NCBI GenBank assembly: GCA_965223425.1
Contig: OZ245003.1
Location: 160,001-224,000, forward strand
Source: Nitrosopumilus sp.
Lineage (GTDB): Archaea > Thermoproteota > Nitrososphaeria > Nitrososphaerales > Nitrosopumilaceae
Reading direction: 5' to 3'
DNA length: 64,000 nucleotides
The notes under the pieces were generated by a model. That model was given only the letters and a program-made list of their open reading frames with translations, had not been told where the DNA came from and made no database searches. A program made the position numbers and the translations under genes. Shown here piece by piece: positions 49,555-58,692 of the stretch. Position 1 is the first letter of the stretch; each line of letters opens with the position of its first letter.

Positions 49555-52419
49555 TTGATTTTGTATAGCGCCTCTACTGATAAACAAGCTCCACCCCCTG
49601 ATGCCGGGAAATTCATCAGATTGGGAGTAGTTGCCATTATAGGAATTGTCATTTTTGCATTAGCAGGAAATCAAGCAGTAATTTTATCAATGAATTTTAC
49701 CGAATTTGGCGATCAATTCACCAAGCCTCTCTATTACACTCTCGTATCTACTGTAATCCTTTCTGCAATCGCACTTGTACGTGTAAATATTCTTGGAAGA
49801 TCCTCAATTTTCTGGTATGCAATTAGTACGCTGATTGGATTCCTCGGAAGTGGAGGACAACAATCCATCTCAAATAATATTCCAAGTTTCCGAGATTACA
49901 AACTAAGTTCTCCACAATTTGTTATCTGGCAGATCACAAAGATTCTGCTTTTTGGAGCATTCTTTGCAAATATTATGTTTGGATTTGCAGCAATGTCGTT
50001 TATTGATGGGGATACTCTTGGAATTGAAAATCTACCAACGTTATTTTCTCTACCATTTGTAACTCCTGACACTGATCCAAACTATGCATCTGAAAACGTT
50101 GTGCCAATGATCCCTGCTTTAGTGATATTACTTCCACCAGTACTTGCAGCAATTGGATTACGTTTAGTTTTGTATGTTGGAATTCACAGATTTATTCACG
50201 TTGTAACTTCCTTTATCCAAGACTCTAACGACGGAAAGCCTAGATATCTAAACTATGTTTCAACTATTGAGGGAATAGTTGGTATTGGTGTAATTTGGGT
50301 AGGACTTAATCTATTCTTTACAGATCAAATCGACTACAACACTAGATATGTGATTGGTGGCGTACTTGTCATAGGCTTTGCACTGATTGCATTTTCAGTA
50401 GTTGATAGAATTAGAGCACGTGTTCTGACTCACATGTTTAAGAGAGATGTATACATTAGAATTTTGACAATAATTGCGATTGCCATTATTGTACTAGTGG
50501 TTGTTACTGTCAACAATAGTATCGCTGATGCAAAAAAGATTGAATTTTTAGGACCTTACACAGCTCAACAAATTGGAGTCAATCGATATCTTGGTGAGTT
50601 AGGCAATGTGCAGGAAAACATCCATGATGTAGAATTAACATCAGTCTCTCCAAACAATATCGATAATTATGTGAAACAAAATAGTGATGTTTTGGATGTA
50701 ATTCGAGTTTGGGATTGGGAGGCAGCTTTTGCAAAATTAAAGCCCGAGATAGGATTAATTCCATATGTTGACTTTGAAGATAATGATATTCTTCGTTTCA
50801 ACGATACCCTGTATTGGACAGCCTCTATGAAGCCAATACTGCCCACGTCAGTTAGCCTTGAAAACAGATGGTATAACGAGCATCTTGTTTATACCCACGT
50901 GCCAAACGGATTCCTTACTCTTGAAGCAACTGATGGTCAGATTGTTGACAGTAGTGAATTTTTCAAACAAAGAGAAATTTACTATGGCGAAGGTGGATTA
51001 TTCGAGCAAACCTGGTCTGCCTATCCCAATTCACGAGCAGTTGAAACAAGTGCCGAACTTGGAGGCGCATTTTATTCTGGTTTGGGAGGATTAGACATCT
51101 CACCACCATTAAGTTGGACTTTTGAACCAAACTTCTTACTCTCATTTCCAGCCGAATCTGTACATGTCATGAGATACAAAGATGTTCATGAAAGAATGGA
51201 AACGCTATACCCTTATTTCCTCTACGACTTGTTTGGAAAAGAGTTAGATTTACTTCCAGTTACTGATGGAGAAAAATCCTACTGGCTAATTCCATTAATT
51301 ATCGGATTTGACACACATGATGTTCCATGGTCTGTTGGAAATCCTTACTTACGTCTGGTAGGCTATGCGCTTGTAGATACATACAATGGCGATATTCAAC
51401 TTCTTAAGACCGGCGATGATTTCTTCTCAGAAATGTTTGCTAGTCAATACTCTGAACAATTCCAGCCAATGCCAGTTTGGTTAGAAGAACAAATCAGATA
51501 TCCTGTTGAATTGTTTAATTGGAAAACGGAGATGTACAATATTTACCATGTAACTGATGTTGAGACATTTATTCAAGCAAACGAATTCTATGAAATTCCG
51601 CGAGGTCTTGACACATATTATGTTGAAGCAAAACCTCCTGGTTTCGAACAAACTGAATTTCTAGGATTATTATCATTGGAATTAAAAGGTTCTCAAGGTA
51701 GAAACCTTGCAGGATATATGATCGTTGAAAATGATCTGACTGATCTAGGAAACTTGCAGTTCTATGAAGTTCCTCTAGATTCTGCAACTAAGCTGATAGG
51801 ACCTACTGCAGTTAGAGAGGCACTTGACCGAGACCCGGAATTTGCTCAACTAAATACACTCTTAAGAAACCCGAGAATTGGCGATAATATCTTGTATAGA
51901 GTAGGCGATCATGATATTTACTTTATTCCAGTGTATACTGCCGGTGCCGGCGGAGTAGTTGCTCAATTAGGCACTATTGCAGCAGTCGGTGCAGCATTTA
52001 ATGGGGAATATTTTGTCGGACTCGGTGACACACAAGAAAAAGCATTTGAAGCATATTTGAAGAAAGTCTCAGGTGTAGCGCCAACTGCAACTACTGTAGA
52101 TGATGATTATGTTGAATTGGAAAAAGATGACAGAATCAATGTTATAAAATCAATATTCCAACAAAATGATATTACTATTGATGAACCCACAACCGTTCAG
52201 GCTCCATTATCATTTAGTGAAGGACAGCTATTCTTCTTTACTGAAAGCGATCGTACAGATACTGAAGAATTTCTATCCAAATTCATTGATGACTTTGTAA
52301 AACCACGCAGTGATAGAGTATTCATGTGGCAAGAAGAAGCTAATCTCCATATTGGTACAATATTTGTCAAAGATGGGATACCTGAGATGCATTATATCTC
52401 AATTGAGGTAGGCAACTAA
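49555..52419 (+). CDS. UPF0182 family membrane protein
   Basis: N-terminal multi-TM; HLVYTH, IYYGE, IRYP, YHVTD. Confidence 0.88.
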   Translation: MILYSASTDKQAPPPDAGKFIRLGVVAIIGIVIFALAGNQAVILSMNFTEFGDQFTKPLYYTLVSTVILSAIALVRVNILGRSSIFWYAISTLIGFLGSGGQQSISNNIPSFRDYKLSSPQFVIWQITKILLFGAFFANIMFGFAAMSFIDGDTLGIENLPTLFSLPFVTPDTDPNYASENVVPMIPALVILLPPVLAAIGLRLVLYVGIHRFIHVVTSFIQDSNDGKPRYLNYVSTIEGIVGIGVIWVGLNLFFTDQIDYNTRYVIGGVLVIGFALIAFSVVDRIRARVLTHMFKRDVYIRILTIIAIAIIVLVVVTVNNSIADAKKIEFLGPYTAQQIGVNRYLGELGNVQENIHDVELTSVSPNNIDNYVKQNSDVLDVIRVWDWEAAFAKLKPEIGLIPYVDFEDNDILRFNDTLYWTASMKPILPTSVSLENRWYNEHLVYTHVPNGFLTLEATDGQIVDSSEFFKQREIYYGEGGLFEQTWSAYPNSRAVETSAELGGAFYSGLGGLDISPPLSWTFEPNFLLSFPAESVHVMRYKDVHERMETLYPYFLYDLFGKELDLLPVTDGEKSYWLIPLIIGFDTHDVPWSVGNPYLRLVGYALVDTYNGDIQLLKTGDDFFSEMFASQYSEQFQPMPVWLEEQIRYPVELFNWKTEMYNIYHVTDVETFIQANEFYEIPRGLDTYYVEAKPPGFEQTEFLGLLSLELKGSQGRNLAGYMIVENDLTDLGNLQFYEVPLDSATKLIGPTAVREALDRDPEFAQLNTLLRNPRIGDNILYRVGDHDIYFIPVYTAGAGGVVAQLGTIAAVGAAFNGEYFVGLGDTQEKAFEAYLKKVSGVAPTATTVDDDYVELEKDDRINVIKSIFQQNDITIDEPTTVQAPLSFSEGQLFFFTESDRTDTEEFLSKFIDDFVKPRSDRVFMWQEEANLHIGTIFVKDGIPEMHYISIEVGN

Positions 52420-52959
52420 TTGCTTCTTGTTGTTGATAACGGTTCCATCTATACAAAAAATTTAAATGATTTTCTAAATGAGAAAAACATCTTGTTTGTA
52501 AAACAGACTCCTCATCTTTTAGATTTGAATTCACTTGGAAACTACAATTCTATAATTCTATCTGGACGAAGAAAAAACGAAAAAAAAATCAATGAAATTA
52601 ACTCCAAGATTATTAATTATTCAATCAAACACAACGTGAAATTACTTGGAATTTGTTATGGGGCAGAAATTCTATCTCTTACCTTGGGAGGAACAATTAG
52701 AAAAACTACACTTCACAAAGGCAGTGAAACCATCAATATAACCAAAGAAAATCCGATTTCTGGTAATTCTTTAGACGTTTTCGAAAGTCATGGATTTGAG
52801 ATATCTAAACTGCCTAGTGTATTGATTCCGGTTGCAGAATCCAAGAATTGTAAATATGAAATTATTCAATATGAAAAAAAGCCAATTTTTGGAACTCAAT
52901 TTCATCCAGAAATGAGCCAGGATGGCCGTCATTTAATTGAAAAATTCTGTTCTCTTTGA
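52420..52959 (+). CDS. stand-alone class I glutamine amidotransferase
   Basis: VDNGS, LGICYG, QFHPE. Confidence 0.9.
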   Translation: MLLVVDNGSIYTKNLNDFLNEKNILFVKQTPHLLDLNSLGNYNSIILSGRRKNEKKINEINSKIINYSIKHNVKLLGICYGAEILSLTLGGTIRKTTLHKGSETINITKENPISGNSLDVFESHGFEISKLPSVLIPVAESKNCKYEIIQYEKKPIFGTQFHPEMSQDGRHLIEKFCSL

Positions 52960-52987
52960 TTGATTTTAATAACTCTCAAAATTTCTT

Positions 52988-53956
52988 TTGTTCATGGAAC
53001 AAGAAGATCATGAATTACTTTTACCGCTTGTTGATGAAGAAAATACCTGCCTCCCATTACCAATCAATGTAGTTTCAAAATATTGGAATATCGAATTATC
53101 CATGGCCGAAGCCACAGAAACTGCAAAAAAATATTCAGGATTTAATGGAAGTGTTCTCATTGAGGGAATAGAATCTGCAGAAAGACACGGGCTGACATGC
53201 AAAATAGTTAATTCGTCTTTATCTGAACTAAAAAAAATAATTGATGCTGGAATGCCTCCAATTGTTATTCTTCCAGGAATTCCTGAAATTACACAACATG
53301 CATCTGTCATAACAGGATATGATGGTGTAGAGAAAACAATTCTTCATTATATTCAAAAAGGTACCCAAGAAGGAGAACAACAAGAAGGAGCTATACCACA
53401 AGTTATCTTTGACAAGGAATGGTCTGAAGAAGGAAGATTGTTGATAATATTGGCACCTTCTGATATTTTATCTTCCATACAACTTGAAAATGATTCTAGT
53501 AACAAATCAAATAGACTCTGTTTTGCTTCTGAAAGATACAATATCTTAAAGAATTCTTCTGATGCACTGAAATCATTAAAACAAGCCATAGAGCTTGATC
53601 CAACCAACTCAACTGCTTTGCATTTATTGGGTACTGTGATGAATGAACAAAACTCTTCTGAATGTGTCAAGTTTTATGAACGGTGTCTAGAAACCAACAA
53701 TAGATCATATCTGACTTACAATGGTCTGGGAAATTTTTATCTCAAAACAAATCAATTTGCAAAGGCAGAAGATTACTATACTAAAGCTATTGATATTGAT
53801 CCAAAACGATCTGCTAAAATTTACAAAAACCGTGCTTATCTTAGAGACAAGCAAAACAAAAATTCTGATGCAAAAGAAGATTTGAAAAATTATTTGAAAT
53901 ATTTTCCCAAAGCTCCAGATAGAGGAGTAATAGAGCAAGCCATTAGAGAATTATAA
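52988..53956 (+). CDS. C39-like peptidase domain plus TPR protein
   Basis: NTCLP (Cys), HASVITGYD (His), C-terminal TPRs. Confidence 0.8.
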   Translation: MFMEQEDHELLLPLVDEENTCLPLPINVVSKYWNIELSMAEATETAKKYSGFNGSVLIEGIESAERHGLTCKIVNSSLSELKKIIDAGMPPIVILPGIPEITQHASVITGYDGVEKTILHYIQKGTQEGEQQEGAIPQVIFDKEWSEEGRLLIILAPSDILSSIQLENDSSNKSNRLCFASERYNILKNSSDALKSLKQAIELDPTNSTALHLLGTVMNEQNSSECVKFYERCLETNNRSYLTYNGLGNFYLKTNQFAKAEDYYTKAIDIDPKRSAKIYKNRAYLRDKQNKNSDAKEDLKNYLKYFPKAPDRGVIEQAIREL

Positions 53957-54035
53957 TGCGGAGTGCGGGATTTAGGCTCTACATGTAACCATTGTGATGC
54001 TGTCTCGACGTAAAAGTATCTTGTCGAGATTTTTG

Positions 54036-54266
54036 TTATTCATCATCATCATCATCAGGTATGAATTCTTCTATCAATGTTATGTCGTTTTCTGGCAGTA
54101 TTTCTGGAAGTTGTACAGGTCTGTTGTCATGATCCAGTATGTTTATTGTCTGTCTGCTGCCTGTATCTAATTCAGATATTATTACCATGTCTGCATCAGA
54201 GTATTTTCTGACGGGTTTTCTATTCTGATCAAAATATGACACTAATTTCATCTTGTTTTTCATCAC
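54036..54266 (-). CDS. small acidic hypothetical protein
   Basis: 76-aa ORF preceded by a GGAGGT Shine-Dalgarno. Confidence 0.6.
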   Translation of the reverse strand: MMKNKMKLVSYFDQNRKPVRKYSDADMVIISELDTGSRQTINILDHDNRPVQLPEILPENDITLIEEFIPDDDDDE

Positions 54267-54347
54267 TAGTTACCTCCATATGTTCCAAATATTCTCTCAT
54301 AGTGCTGCCTGAATTCTTTCAGAAGACAGTCATTTACCTCAGTTAAC

Positions 54348-55160
54348 CTATTTCCCAACCTGTAAGAGAATATTCTCGTCTTGCCATTGGATTTTCTCCA
54401 AATCTTCAAAATTATCTCCAATGTTTTGCTTGAATGCTTCTAGTGACTTTTTAAATGTGTCATCGCTGTATAATGCAAATGTGGAATAGTGATGATTTTG
54501 TGCTCTCTCTACTAGACTGCTTAAACTAGATGTCCTATGATGTCCAAATACCTTGGTGTGATCAATTCTCATACCTGATTTTTGAATATGGTGTTTTAAC
54601 TCATAAAATTCAAACAAACGATTCTCAATGTTGGCAAATAATGGAAAGTGCTGTCCCCAGACGTTTCTAGAGTTTTGATTTTGTAATCGCGTGTAAATGA
54701 ACGCTTTTCCATCATCTTTGAGGCATCCAAACAATTCTCCCAAAAACCTTTGAATGTCAAAATGATGTATGGCATTAAACGTGACAATACAATCCATTGA
54801 ATCATTTTCCAAAGGTAATTTGTTGGCATTACCTGGCCTGACACAAAAATTTAGGGTATTGTTTTCTTTCAAATATTCTTTCAAATGCAAAAGCATGTTT
54901 TCGTTGGAGTCAATACAATGAAGGTAACATTTTTCTCCCAAACATTTTAAAAGTTCCAGCGAATATCTTCCATCGCCACAACCAACATCGGCCATAGTGA
55001 TTTCTGATTTTTCATCTAGTTGGTTTTTTATGTGCAGTATAGGTCCCAAGTCAGTCGTTCTTAGGTGTCTGTATTTTGATGCAATTTCTGAAAAATGTTT
55101 GAGGCCATCATTTGCACTAACTGCAATTTCTCTATTCCGTGTCACAAAGAAAACCCCCAT
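54348..55160 (-). CDS. class I SAM-dependent methyltransferase
   Basis: DVGCGDG, LPLENDSMD, AIHHF; start uncertain. Confidence 0.88.
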   Translation of the reverse strand: MGVFFVTRNREIAVSANDGLKHFSEIASKYRHLRTTDLGPILHIKNQLDEKSEITMADVGCGDGRYSLELLKCLGEKCYLHCIDSNENMLLHLKEYLKENNTLNFCVRPGNANKLPLENDSMDCIVTFNAIHHFDIQRFLGELFGCLKDDGKAFIYTRLQNQNSRNVWGQHFPLFANIENRLFEFYELKHHIQKSGMRIDHTKVFGHHRTSSLSSLVERAQNHHYSTFALYSDDTFKKSLEAFKQNIGDNFEDLEKIQWQDENILLQVGK

Positions 55161-55574
55161 GTGAGAGTAACAACTGAAACAATACTGAAAAGACAAAATG
55201 AGTAACATGCCAATCTGTGCCTTGATTTCATTTATACAACCACCCCTTCTTTAATTACAGTCTTGCACAAACTCATCATGCAACTATGACAAAGATATTC
55301 ACTTGATGTATTCTTGCAACCGCAATCACAGGCACACGTATAATCATTCATGAGTTGAGCCTAGAAGAACTCGAGGCCGTTGGGCTCTGAATTGAACTGA
55401 ATTCCAAAAAATCATTCTGTTATCATTATATCTGTCTGTCCTATAAAGGAGATGTACATCAAGGCATCACTGTATAACGTGTTTGCAAGCGTATGAAGAC
55501 AAATCAATCTTTGCCGGTGAACTGTAGAAAAGATTGTTCAGTTATACAACGCAGCAGACACGCCCTAATTGTAA

Positions 55575-55648
55575 TGCGGAGTGCGGGATTTGAACCCGCG
55601 GCCTTCAGCTTGGGAAGCTGACGTCATACCAGGCTAAACTAACTCCGC
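55575..55648 (-). tRNA. tRNA-Gly(CCC)
   Basis: GCGGAGT acceptor, TCAGC-TTCCCAA-GCTGA anticodon arm, GCGGG-TTCAAAT-CCCGC T arm; 74 nt, no intron. Confidence 0.97.
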
Positions 55649-55700
55649 CTAAGACATATACAATAACTATGATTAAATATCTTGATTAGAAAAATTATAT

Positions 55701-55874
55701 ATGGATGCAAGGTGTCCTGAATGCGAAAAAGTTGCAATTTTAGACGATAACGTAACTAAAGTAAAATGTCCACACTGTAACTTTGAAGCAGATTATGATA
55801 CTTATCTTGAAATCATGAAAGACCAAGCGATCAACATGTCTTCTGATTATATTCCAGATAGACCGGGATTGTAA
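55701..55874 (+). CDS. small zinc-ribbon protein (57 aa, absent from ORF track)
   Basis: MDARCPECEK...KCPHCNF. Confidence 0.8.
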   Translation: MDARCPECEKVAILDDNVTKVKCPHCNFEADYDTYLEIMKDQAINMSSDYIPDRPGL

Positions 55875-55997
55875 CTACCAATAATTTCCTTTATCTGAGC
55901 AATCTAAATGAGATCCACAATTGGGGCAAAACATATGACATGCTTGCATATCCACCATTTTGTTATCACATTTTGGACATCTGATGTCTTTTCCCAT
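55875..55997 (-). CDS. CPxCG-type zinc-finger microprotein (40 aa, absent from ORF track)
   Basis: MGKDIRCPKCDNKMVDMQACHMFCPNCGSHLDCSDKGNYW. Confidence 0.8.
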   Translation of the reverse strand: MGKDIRCPKCDNKMVDMQACHMFCPNCGSHLDCSDKGNYW

Positions 55998-56071
55998 GCC
56001 TATCTTTGTTAATCTTGATTTAAAAATAATGTCCAAAGGTTAATTAGTCGTCCAATTTTTTTTTGGAATAC

Positions 56072-56482
56072 TTGGCAAACTTCAAACTTACCATTTCAGA
56101 CATTAAGGGAAAATCTGTTTCAAAAGAACTCAAAGACAGTGATGCAAATCCATTATTGGGACTACAGTTAGGAAATGAAACTGATGCAACAATTGTTGGA
56201 CTGAGTGGAAAATTAAAACTCACTGGTGGTAGTGACAAATCTGGCGTTCCCATGAGGAATGACATTCATGGTGCAGCAAGAAAATACGTTCTGCTTTCTA
56301 AAGGTGTAGGTTTGCAAGATGCAGAAACTGGACAAAGAGTAAGAAAATTAATGCGTGGAAATACAGTATCAGAAGAAATCTACCAGGTAAATTGCAAGTT
56401 TGATGGAGAATTACCAGTTGAAGCATCTGCTGAAGATACGGCAGAATCTACAGAAGAAAAAACTGAAGACAAAAAAGAATAA
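56072..56482 (+). CDS. rps6e: 30S ribosomal protein S6e
   Basis: LTGGSDKSGVPMR, RKLMRGN; TTG start. Confidence 0.95.
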   Translation: MANFKLTISDIKGKSVSKELKDSDANPLLGLQLGNETDATIVGLSGKLKLTGGSDKSGVPMRNDIHGAARKYVLLSKGVGLQDAETGQRVRKLMRGNTVSEEIYQVNCKFDGELPVEASAEDTAESTEEKTEDKKE

Positions 56483-56513
56483 CTTAACATATACCGATTT
56501 TACATTTTGACTC

Positions 56514-57776
56514 ATGCATTGGAGAGAAACACTTCCCGATTGGTACACTAAAAAATATGGATATCAGCCATGTGTTAACATTGGAACAGCTGGTCATGTA
56601 GATCATGGAAAAACTACCCTTATTCAGGCATTAACTGGGTCATGGACAAGTGTACACAGTCAAGAATTAAGACGTGGAATTACCATTCGTGTAGGATATT
56701 CTGATGCGGCATTTTACAAATGCAAAAGTTGTGAAGAGCCTCTAGGATATTCTACAACTCCAAAATGTAATAATTGTGGAAAAGAAAGTGAATTATCTAG
56801 AGTCGTTAGTTTTGTAGATAGTCCTGGTCACGAAAGTTTGATGGCAAACATGCTTTCAGGTTCTGCACTGATGGATGGTGCGTTATTGCTTGTAGCCGCA
56901 AATGAGAAAGTTCCTAAACCACAAACCAAAGAACATCTTTTAGCATTACAAACTCTTGGAATTCAACAAATAGTTGTGGTTCAAAATAAAGTTGATCTAC
57001 TTACTTACAAAGAAACCTTGGCCAACTATCGGGAAATAACTAAATTTGTTAAGGGGACTCGTGCTGCAAAAGCCCCAATAGTTCCGATCTCGGCTCAATC
57101 TTCATTAAATATTGATGCATTAATTGGTTCTATAGAATCAACAATCAAAACACCAGAGAGAGATGAAAAAACGGATACTGTTATGCATGTTTTACGCTCC
57201 TTTGATGTAAACAAACCTGGTACAAAATTAAAAAATGTCAAGGGAGGCGTCATTGGAGGAAGTTTGACTCGAGGAGTTTTTAATGTTGGTGATGAAATTG
57301 AGATTAAACCTGGCATATTAAATGAGAAAAAAAAATCCTACGAGCCTTTACAAACAGAGATTATCTCACTAGGAACCGCTGCAGGAATTGTCGAGTCTGT
57401 AAAACCAGGCGGTTTGGTTGCTATTGGAACAAAATTAGATCCTGCTATGACCCGAAGTGATTCCTTTATTGGTTCAGTTATTGGAAAGCCTGGAACACTT
57501 CCTGAAAATTCTACTCAATTAAAACTGGAAGTTAGTTTATTTGATTCAGCAGTAGGTACGACTGAGGACATCAAAGTGCAACCAATTCGTTCTGGAGAAT
57601 CACTTCGACTAAATATTGGCACGGCCCCTGTATTGGGAACTGTTACAAAAATCAAATCAAAAAATGTAGAAATTGACCTTAGGAGACCTGCATGCATTTT
57701 TGAAGGTGGAAACGTAGCAATCAGTAGAAGAATTGCTGAAAGATGGAGACTAATTGGTGCGGGAGTAATTGGTTGA
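56514..57776 (+). CDS. eif2g: translation initiation factor 2 gamma subunit
   Basis: GHVDHGKT, RGITIRVGY, DSPGH, NKVD, WRLIG. Confidence 0.97.
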   Translation: MHWRETLPDWYTKKYGYQPCVNIGTAGHVDHGKTTLIQALTGSWTSVHSQELRRGITIRVGYSDAAFYKCKSCEEPLGYSTTPKCNNCGKESELSRVVSFVDSPGHESLMANMLSGSALMDGALLLVAANEKVPKPQTKEHLLALQTLGIQQIVVVQNKVDLLTYKETLANYREITKFVKGTRAAKAPIVPISAQSSLNIDALIGSIESTIKTPERDEKTDTVMHVLRSFDVNKPGTKLKNVKGGVIGGSLTRGVFNVGDEIEIKPGILNEKKKSYEPLQTEIISLGTAAGIVESVKPGGLVAIGTKLDPAMTRSDSFIGSVIGKPGTLPENSTQLKLEVSLFDSAVGTTEDIKVQPIRSGESLRLNIGTAPVLGTVTKIKSKNVEIDLRRPACIFEGGNVAISRRIAERWRLIGAGVIG

Positions 57777-58137
57777 AGTAATTTGTGATACGAATTTCCT
57801 AATTCATCTAGCTACTAAAAGAATCAAGAATATTGATAATTTGGATGTTGAAATTGGGCAGATCACTTTTGCTGTGCCTCAAGTCGTAAAAAATGAATTA
57901 GATAAATTAGCAAAAAATCCAGAAAAAAGTCAGGATATCCAATCAACCCTTGATTACATAAAAAATCTCAAGACGCTTCCCATTACTGGTACATTTGCTG
58001 ACAAGGAATTACTTGACTATGTTTCAACCAACAAAGCCATTATTGCCACAATGGATAAAGAACTCAAAAAACAAATCAAAAACAACGGAAGTTCTATAAT
58101 GTCTTTTTCAAATGATAAGATAGTTTTAGAATCCTAG
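57769..58137 (+). CDS. PIN-domain protein (Utp24/Fcf1-like)
   Basis: DTNFL, V.NEL, AD, ATMDKEL; conserved rps6e-eif2g-PIN context. Confidence 0.88.
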   Translation: MVEVICDTNFLIHLATKRIKNIDNLDVEIGQITFAVPQVVKNELDKLAKNPEKSQDIQSTLDYIKNLKTLPITGTFADKELLDYVSTNKAIIATMDKELKKQIKNNGSSIMSFSNDKIVLES

Positions 58138-58171
58138 AAAAATTTAACTTTGAGCATTTCCAAATTCTGAT

Positions 58172-58627
58172 ATGGATGGTTTGACATTAGAAAGTAAAGC
58201 ATTTGATAATGGAGGGGTGATTCCTAAAAAATATGGTTACAAAAACGGAAACATCAGTCCTCCTTTGGAGATCAAAGGCGTTCCTGAAAACACGTTATCT
58301 TTAGCTCTCATAATGGATGATCCTGATGCAATGGGTGCTGTCGGAAAAGTTTGGGTTCACTGGGTGTTGTGGAATATTGAACCTGATGCTCTGGAAATAA
58401 ATGAGAACTCAATTCCCTCACATTGTCTTGAAGGTGAAACAGATTTTGGGGAAGTTGGCTATGGAGGCCCAGCACCACCGGATAAGGAACACACATACGT
58501 CTTCAAATTATATGCATTAGATCAGAAATTAGAAGCTGCAGGCGGCTCAACGAAAAAACAAATAGAAGAAGTCATGAAGAATCACGTTATTGCAGAAACT
58601 AGACTGGAGGGAAGATATTCGCCATGA
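58172..58627 (+). CDS. YbhB/YbcL (PEBP) family protein
   Basis: SPPL, MDDPDA, WVHW, YGGPAPP, HTYVFKLYALD. Confidence 0.93.
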   Translation: MDGLTLESKAFDNGGVIPKKYGYKNGNISPPLEIKGVPENTLSLALIMDDPDAMGAVGKVWVHWVLWNIEPDALEINENSIPSHCLEGETDFGEVGYGGPAPPDKEHTYVFKLYALDQKLEAAGGSTKKQIEEVMKNHVIAETRLEGRYSP

Positions 58628-58692
58628 ATTCTAATTATTTTTATGATTTTTTATGCAAAGAATAATAAGCAAAGTTTTTTGAGAAAGACTGT

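Larger units (their letters stand above)
53954..55591. mobile_element. 1.6 kb islet integrated at tRNA-Gly 3' end (20-bp att repeat)
   Basis: TAATGCGGAGTGCGGGATTT at 53954-53973 and 55572-55591; no integrase inside. Confidence 0.85.

Noticed and set aside
52420-52959. Stand-alone GATase as the archaeosine amidotransferase partner of QueC
   Set aside because: Not linked to the que genes here; nothing distinguishes it from other class I GATases.
53954-53973. Second tRNA gene or split tRNA half
   Set aside because: Only 17 nt of the tRNA 3' end plus 3 flanking nt are duplicated, with no bulge-helix-bulge leader; this is an att-site signature.
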